DNA of 64,000 nt from Candidatus Eiseniibacteriota bacterium (lineage in GTDB: Bacteria; Eisenbacteria; RBG-16-71-46; JABDJR01): positions 1,024,001-1,088,000 of the forward strand of contig CAVXKA010000002.1 of the NCBI GenBank assembly GCA_963762255.1, written 5' to 3'. A program made the translations under genes and the position numbers. Positions 58,491 through 64,000 of this stretch are shown here, piece after piece. The notes below the pieces were generated by a model. It was given only the letters and a program-made list of their open reading frames with translations. It searched no databases and was not told where the DNA came from. Position 1 is the stretch's first letter. The number at the start of each line of letters is the position of its first letter.

Positions 58491-59642
58491 ATGCCGACGG
58501 TCTTTATTCCGAAGGAGATCACCCCCGGCGAAACGCGGGTCGCGGCGATGCCCGACACCGTAAAGCGCCTGGTCAAGGACGGGTTCACGGTAACGATCGA
58601 GGCCGGCGCCGGCCTCACGGCCAGCGTTCCCGACAAGCTTTTCCAGGACGCCGGGGCCACCGTGGGGTCGGATCTGCTCGCCCTCTATGCGGCGGCGGAC
58701 GTCGTGGGGCGGCTCAACCCGCCGCGCATGAACGAGAAGCTCGGCAAGCACGAAGCCGAGTTGATGAAGGACGGGGCGATCCTCGTCTCCTTCCTCTGGC
58801 CGATGGAGAACGCCGAGGCGGTGAAGATGCTCGCCAGCCGCAAGGCCACCGCGTTCGCGATGGATCTCATGCCCCGCACCACGCGCGGCCAGGCCTTCGA
58901 CGCGATTTCGTCCCAGGCCAACATCGCCGGTTACAAGGCGGTGCTGGTCGCGGCGAGCCACCTTCCCAGGCTCTTCCCCTTCATGACCACCCCGTCGGGC
59001 ACGATCAGCCCGGCCAAGGTCGTGATCATGGGCGCGGGGGTGGCCGGACTCCAGGCCATCGCCACCGCCAAGCGTCTCGGATCGGTGGTCGAGGTCTCCG
59101 ATGTGCGCCCCGCGGTGAAGGAGCAGGTCGAGTCATTGGGCGGACGATTCATCGAGGTACCCACCGACGCCAGCATGCAGGACGCGGGCGGCTACGCGCG
59201 CGAGGCGACTCCCGAGTTCCTGGCCAAGCAGCGCGAGATCGTGCGCAAGCACGTGGTCGAAGCCGATGTCGTCATCACCACCGCCCTCGTGCCGGGCAAG
59301 CCCGCGCCTCGGCTCATCACCGCCGACATGGTGAAGGAGATGAAGCTGGGCACGGTGATCGTGGACCTGGCCGCCGAGCGCGGCGGTAACTGCGAGCTGA
59401 CCGAACCGGGCAAGATCGTCGTGAAGGAAGGGGTGACCCTCGTCGGCACCCTGAACATGCCCGGCACCGTCCCCTTCCACTCGAGCGCGATGTACGCCCG
59501 CAACGTCTACGGCGTGATCGGGCTCATGTTCCAGAAGGGCGAGCGCAAGGTCAGCTTCGAGGACGACATTGTCGCAGCCTGCGTGGTCACCGATGCGGGC
59601 CAGGTGCGGCTGCCTGCTGTGTCGGAGGCGGCGAAGGGTTAG
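58491..59642 (+). CDS. pntA: NAD(P) transhydrogenase alpha subunit, soluble domain I only
   Basis: PKE...ETRVA, SSQANIAGYKAV, GAGVAGLQAIATAKRLG, GGYARE and GGNCEL motifs; no TM tail. Confidence 0.92.
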   Translation: MPTVFIPKEITPGETRVAAMPDTVKRLVKDGFTVTIEAGAGLTASVPDKLFQDAGATVGSDLLALYAAADVVGRLNPPRMNEKLGKHEAELMKDGAILVSFLWPMENAEAVKMLASRKATAFAMDLMPRTTRGQAFDAISSQANIAGYKAVLVAASHLPRLFPFMTTPSGTISPAKVVIMGAGVAGLQAIATAKRLGSVVEVSDVRPAVKEQVESLGGRFIEVPTDASMQDAGGYAREATPEFLAKQREIVRKHVVEADVVITTALVPGKPAPRLITADMVKEMKLGTVIVDLAAERGGNCELTEPGKIVVKEGVTLVGTLNMPGTVPFHSSAMYARNVYGVIGLMFQKGERKVSFEDDIVAACVVTDAGQVRLPAVSEAAKG

Positions 59643-59661
59643 AGAATCGCCGCCGAGCCGC

Positions 59662-60419
59662 CTATTTCACTCTTCCGACGAGTCGGAGCAGACCGTCGAG
59701 AATGGTCAAGGGGTGGGGCGGACAGCCCGGGATGAACAGGTCGACGGGAAGCCGCGGTAGCGCCGTCATGCTGCTCGGGATGGTCGATGTAAGGGCCCGC
59801 CGCTGATGGCGCAGGCCCCGACCGCAATCACGATCTTCGGGTCGGGAACCGCATCGTAGGTCTTCTCCAAGGCCAAGCGCATGTTCTCCGTCACCGGGCC
59901 TGTGATCAATAGGCCGTCGGCGTGTCGAGGAGATGCCACGTACTCGATTCCGAAGCGACCGATGTCCCACCCAATCGTGGTGAGCACGTTCGTGTCGGCC
60001 TCGCATCCGTTGCAGCCGCCCGCGCTCACCACCCGCAGCTTCAGGGACCGGCCAAGCACCTTCCTCAGTCGCGCACCCAGGGCTTCGGCCAGCCGAAGCT
60101 CGTCCGCGTGCAACACCAGGTGATCCCGCTGGCCCGCCGCGAGTCGGTAGTCCGTCGTGTACATGATCTTCTTCTCGGGGCAGGCGTCCTCGCATTCCGC
60201 GCAAAACAGGCATTTGCCCAGATCGATCCTTACGCCACCGGACACTTCGATGGCGCCGGTGGGGCAAGCCGCCTCGCAATCGCTGCAGCCGGCGCGACAT
60301 TCGGCGGCCAGGATCACCGGCCGGCCTCGGAACCGATCGGGCAACACGGGGGGCGGGCCTTTGGGATACGAAGTCGTGCGATGCCCTTGCTGGATTCTGG
60401 CCAGAACCATCTTGATCAT
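59662..60419 (-). CDS. Ehr/HyfI-like small subunit (2x[4Fe-4S] ferredoxin + NuoB domain), frameshifts at ~59790 and ~59752
   Basis: C..C...CP and CLFCAECEDACP; GGCNGCE; SPRHAD; GACAISGG; IPGCPPHP found in another frame. Confidence 0.85.
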
Positions 60420-61921
60420 AGGTCGTGCCCGCAGTAGGAGAGGTTGAAGCTCTTGTTGCAGAGGGGAAAGTCGGAGATCTGCTGGCCCCGCATTGCATAA
60501 GCGAGACCGAACCAGTTGTGGAACGACGGGTCGATCACCTTGTACGAAGAGAATCGCCCGTCAGGGCCTGTGACGGCCACGTGACAGATCTCGCCGCGCC
60601 AGCCCTCGACCATCGATACCGCGAACCGGTCGGGGGGTAGGGCCGGCGCCGAGGCGACCCGCGTTTCCCCGGAAGGCAGCGCGTTCAATTGCTCGCGGAT
60701 GAACGCGAACGAGCGCTGGATTTCGATCGAGCGGATGCGCGCGCGACCGAAAACGTCCCCCTCGCGCCACGTGCAGGAGGGAATGTGGGAGTAGCGGTAG
60801 ATTCCGAACGGGTGGTCCTTTCGGACGTCTCGATCGACCCCGCACGCCCTCGCGGCCGGGCCCACCAGACCGATCTCCTCGCACACGTCCGGCGGGACGA
60901 TCCCGGTCCCCTCGAAGCGCGCCATCGCCGAGGGACTCTCCCAGAGGAGCGTGTCGGCGACCGAAAGGTCTCTCGCCGCAGCCTCCAGGCGGCGCCGCAA
61001 TTCATCCACCCGATCACGGTCCAGATCGAAGGCCACCCCGCCGGGGCGGACCCATCCTCGGCCGAACCGGCTGCCGCATACCAGCGCCGTCAGGTTCAGG
61101 ACGTCGCCCCGGATTCGCCCGCAGAAGGAAGCCGGCGGGAGAAAGCCGACGTCCCCGGACAGGGCGCCCAGATCACCGATATGGTTCGCGATCCGCTCGA
61201 GCTCCAACCCGATTCCCCGGATCGCCATTCCCCGCGGCGGCACGCCGACCCTGCCGATCGCTTCAACTGCCTGGCAGTACGCATGGGCGTGCCCCACGCT
61301 CGTGTCGCCGGCCAAAGTCTCCATGTAATGGATCGTTCTCTTGTCGGGACCGCCGACGAGAGCGCGCTCGATGCCCCGATGCTGGTATCCGAGCGAGATC
61401 TCGAGGTGCAGGACTTCTTCCCCGAAGCATTGGAACCGGAAGTGACCGGGTTCGATCACCCCGGCGTGCACCGGCCCGACGGCAACCTCATGGATCTCCT
61501 CGCCGCCGACCTGAAAGTAATCGGTCACTCCACACGGCGGCCGCTCCCCGACCTCCCCACCCCGCGGCGGCTCGAAACGAATCGGCTTGAGCCACGGATG
61601 TCCGTTCGGCTTCACCCCCCACTGTTCGGCCAGCTCTCGCTCGAACCAGTGGACCTGGGGGCAATCCGGCGTGAGGGCCTCGAAGGTCTGCGTCACGTCC
61701 GCCGCGCACACCGCCAGTTCCCCCTGAGCATCGTCGCTGAGAACCGCAAGGAGGCGCAGGGCCTGGCCACTCCCCGGCATGCCGAACAACGCGGAGACCC
61801 GCTCGCCCCGATGCACCGCCTCGACCATCGTCCGCCGAAACGCACCGAATGGCAGGACCGGAATGTCGGTCGTCGCGATCGAATCGCCGTTGCGCAGCGT
61901 GGCCAAGCGTCCGTCCGGCAT
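60416..61921 (-). CDS. Ehr/HyfG-like large subunit (NuoC+NuoD) lacking [NiFe] ligands
   Basis: VGPVHAGVIEPGHFRF, GYQHRGIE and EGWRGE; ETLAGDT replaces the N-terminal CxxC and SFNLSYCGHDL replaces DPCxxC. Confidence 0.9.
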   Translation of the reverse strand: MPDGRLATLRNGDSIATTDIPVLPFGAFRRTMVEAVHRGERVSALFGMPGSGQALRLLAVLSDDAQGELAVCAADVTQTFEALTPDCPQVHWFERELAEQWGVKPNGHPWLKPIRFEPPRGGEVGERPPCGVTDYFQVGGEEIHEVAVGPVHAGVIEPGHFRFQCFGEEVLHLEISLGYQHRGIERALVGGPDKRTIHYMETLAGDTSVGHAHAYCQAVEAIGRVGVPPRGMAIRGIGLELERIANHIGDLGALSGDVGFLPPASFCGRIRGDVLNLTALVCGSRFGRGWVRPGGVAFDLDRDRVDELRRRLEAAARDLSVADTLLWESPSAMARFEGTGIVPPDVCEEIGLVGPAARACGVDRDVRKDHPFGIYRYSHIPSCTWREGDVFGRARIRSIEIQRSFAFIREQLNALPSGETRVASAPALPPDRFAVSMVEGWRGEICHVAVTGPDGRFSSYKVIDPSFHNWFGLAYAMRGQQISDFPLCNKSFNLSYCGHDL

Positions 61922-63398
61922 CAGTGAATCCCCAGGGCGTGAATCGCATCGTTGATCGCCCCGACCAGACCCTTCGGGACCCAGAGACCGAGGGCCAGAA
62001 CCGTGAGCGCGAACACGGCGGGCGGGAGGGTGGACGAGAGCCGTTCGCGCCGCCGAGGACTCTTCTCGAACGCCTCGGGGGGACTCCGTGAGCCATCCGA
62101 AGCATCACCATCGCCATTCCAACGAACACCGCCCCCAGAAGCACGAGGTACGCCACGGCCAGGATATCGTGGTGCGCGTCCAGGATCCCTTTGAGGATCG
62201 TGAACTCGCTCACAAACAGCCCGAACGGGGGCGATCCCGTGATCGCGAAGAACCCCGCAAGCCACAGGGTACCGGTGACGGGTAGCAGGCGGAGGACTCC
62301 GGTCACCTGACGAGCGGACTTGGTCCGATAGGTGGCGAGGATGTTTCCGGCCAACAAGAAAAGCATCGCCTTCGTGAGGGAGTGGTTGACGATGTGGAGC
62401 AGCACCCCGAAGCTCGCGCTTCCCCCCACGCCGATCCCCAGACAAGCGATCCCCATGTGCTCCACGCTCGAATACGCGAGCATTCTCTTGTAGTCGGCCT
62501 GACCGATGATGAATACCGCGGCGACCGCCATCGATACAACCCCGAAGAGAATCAGAAGCTCGCCGCTGAACGCGGCCAGTCCCGCGGCCACGCACACGCC
62601 GTGCATGCGGAGAATGGCCAGGAACGCACAGTTCAGGAGCGCGCCGGACAGCAGGGCGGAGATCACCGACGGCGCCTCGCTATGGGCGTCCGGCAGCCAG
62701 GTATGCAGCGGAGCCAGGCCCATCTTCGTCCCGTACCCCACGAGCAAGAGGAGGAACGCGGCCTTGAGCCACGCCGGGTCGAGTTCTCCGGCATGCGCCA
62801 TCAACTCCGGAATCGTCAGGGATGATATCCGGTGCCCGACGGGACTCGTCGCGACCACCAGGAAGAAGTTTCCGAGCAAGGCGATGGCGATTCCGACCGA
62901 GCAGATGACGAGGTACTTCCAGGCCGCCTCGAGCGAGCGGTGATGTCGGTGGAAGTGAATCAAGGGGGCGCTCGCCAGCGTCGTCGCCTCGATTCCGACC
63001 CACATCAACCCGACGTGCCGCGACGCGATCACGAGGGACATCGTACCGAGAAAGATCAGGAGGCAGCCGATGAACGTGGCCTCGGGAGCGTTCGGGAAGA
63101 GGAAACCCTCCTCGATGTCCGCCCGCGGCTCGCGACCCTCGCGCTTGAGGTAGCCGATGCCGTACGCCGCCGCCACCAGGAACAGGGCGCTGGTGACGCT
63201 CAGGAAGAGCATCTCCAGCGAATCGAGGGCCAGCCAGCCGCCCAGGAACGTCAGCGGGCGCAGGGTCCACGCCGCCGCGGTCAGCCCCGCGTGCGCGACC
63301 GCCGCCGCCATGAGCAGGATCCGGCGAAGGGGATCGCTTCGCAGGAAGAACGCCAGCCCGCCGGCGACGAGAGGGGTCAGGATGATGGCCAGGATCAT
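61921..63398 (-). CDS. HyfF-like proton-translocating antiporter subunit, frameshift at ~62080
   Basis: WVGIEATTL, EAAWKY, GYGTKMGLAPLHTWLPDAHSEAP and KRMLAYSS; the last TM lies in ORF 61921-62595. Confidence 0.88.
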
Positions 63399-63423
63399 GA
63401 GGTCCAGTGCTCTCCTCGGGTAC

Positions 63424-64000
63424 TCAGCCCTTCAGCTGTGATAGTCGATCCGTGTCGATATGGTCGAATTCGCGATTGATGTTGTAGATCATGATGCCCA
63501 TCACGAATACGGCCATGAACACATCCAGGAGGATTCCCATCTCCACCAGAAGCGGCTCCCTTTCCGCGAACGCGAGGCCGAAAGCGTAGATGCCGTTCTC
63601 CATGGCCAGATAGCCGAGCACCTGCGTGATCGCCATGCGTCGCGCGACGATGATGAACAAGCCGACCATGATCGTGTTGAAGGAAGCGACGATCAGGAAC
63701 TGAGAGCCGATTGGAGTCGGGAGCGGCAGCCGCCAGCCCAGCCACAGCGCCACCCCGAGAAGCCCGCCTCCGATCAGCAGCGACGGCGTGTACCCTACGA
63801 TCGGATCGAGTTCGCGCCGGATGTCGGCGCCTCGCACCGCCCGCGTAAGCAACCATGGGAAGACAACGCCCTTCGTGATAATGCTCACCCCGCCCTGGAG
63901 AACGACACGGAGCGAGAGATCGCCCGCATGCGCGAGCAGCGGGATCAAACCGAGGAGGATTCCCTGAACGGCCACGGTCCGGATGCTGGCGACCAGGCGA
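63424..64000 (-). CDS. HyfE-like membrane subunit (5' end outside the window)
   Basis: QVLGYLAMENGI, PLLVEMGILLD and INREFDHID motifs; upstream of the hyfF-like gene. Confidence 0.85.
   Translation of the reverse strand, partial: RLVASIRTVAVQGILLGLIPLLAHAGDLSLRVVLQGGVSIITKGVVFPWLLTRAVRGADIRRELDPIVGYTPSLLIGGGLLGVALWLGWRLPLPTPIGSQFLIVASFNTIMVGLFIIVARRMAITQVLGYLAMENGIYAFGLAFAEREPLLVEMGILLDVFMAVFVMGIMIYNINREFDHIDTDRLSQLKG

Noticed and set aside
61488-61920. Long C-terminal extension of the HyfF-like ORF overlapping the next gene
   Set aside because: Read-through caused by the frameshift at ~62080; the true end is 61921.
60416-61921. Group 4 [NiFe]-hydrogenase
   Set aside because: Both Ni-binding CxxC motifs are absent, so it is Ehr-type.

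Overview
GC-rich bacterial DNA. Secreted proteins ending in a FlgD-Ig/T9SS-like domain or a TWGKVKALYR tail suggest a Ca. Eisenbacteria/Krumholzibacteria/Latescibacteria-like lineage (inference only). From left to right the window holds: secreted proteins; a BMP-family nucleoside ABC transporter; kdpFABCDE; an epimerase/dehydrogenase; two tandem ~1,100-aa beta-helix surface proteins, each followed by a conserved palindromic 100-bp element; a RelE/ParE toxin-antitoxin pair; housekeeping and cofactor genes (topA, modA+MOT1, xth, FNR, nadA, pirin, NifU, rnd); a 16-kb minus-strand multiheme cytochrome locus (39556-55883); aldo-keto reductase, trxB and a lone pntA; and an Ehr/Hyf-like complex lacking Ni ligands. 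The cytochrome locus is the standout. It carries about 80 heme-binding motifs in seven proteins and appears to encode a full path from the quinone pool to the outside: an ImcH-like quinol oxidase, a c554-like tetraheme, an NHL propeller, an OmcS-like hexaheme nanowire subunit with the filament-linking His conserved, a companion hexaheme, a beta-barrel, two CsgG/PelC-like lipoproteins, a ~42-heme giant cytochrome split by frameshifts, and an MtrA/MtrB-like conduit with a lipoprotein hexaheme. A Rex/CRP-like operator sits upstream of the nanowire operon. About 11 single-base frameshifts look like long-read assembly errors. No rRNA, tRNA, CRISPR, integrase or transposase was seen. All family calls come from motif recognition by eye, not database searches.
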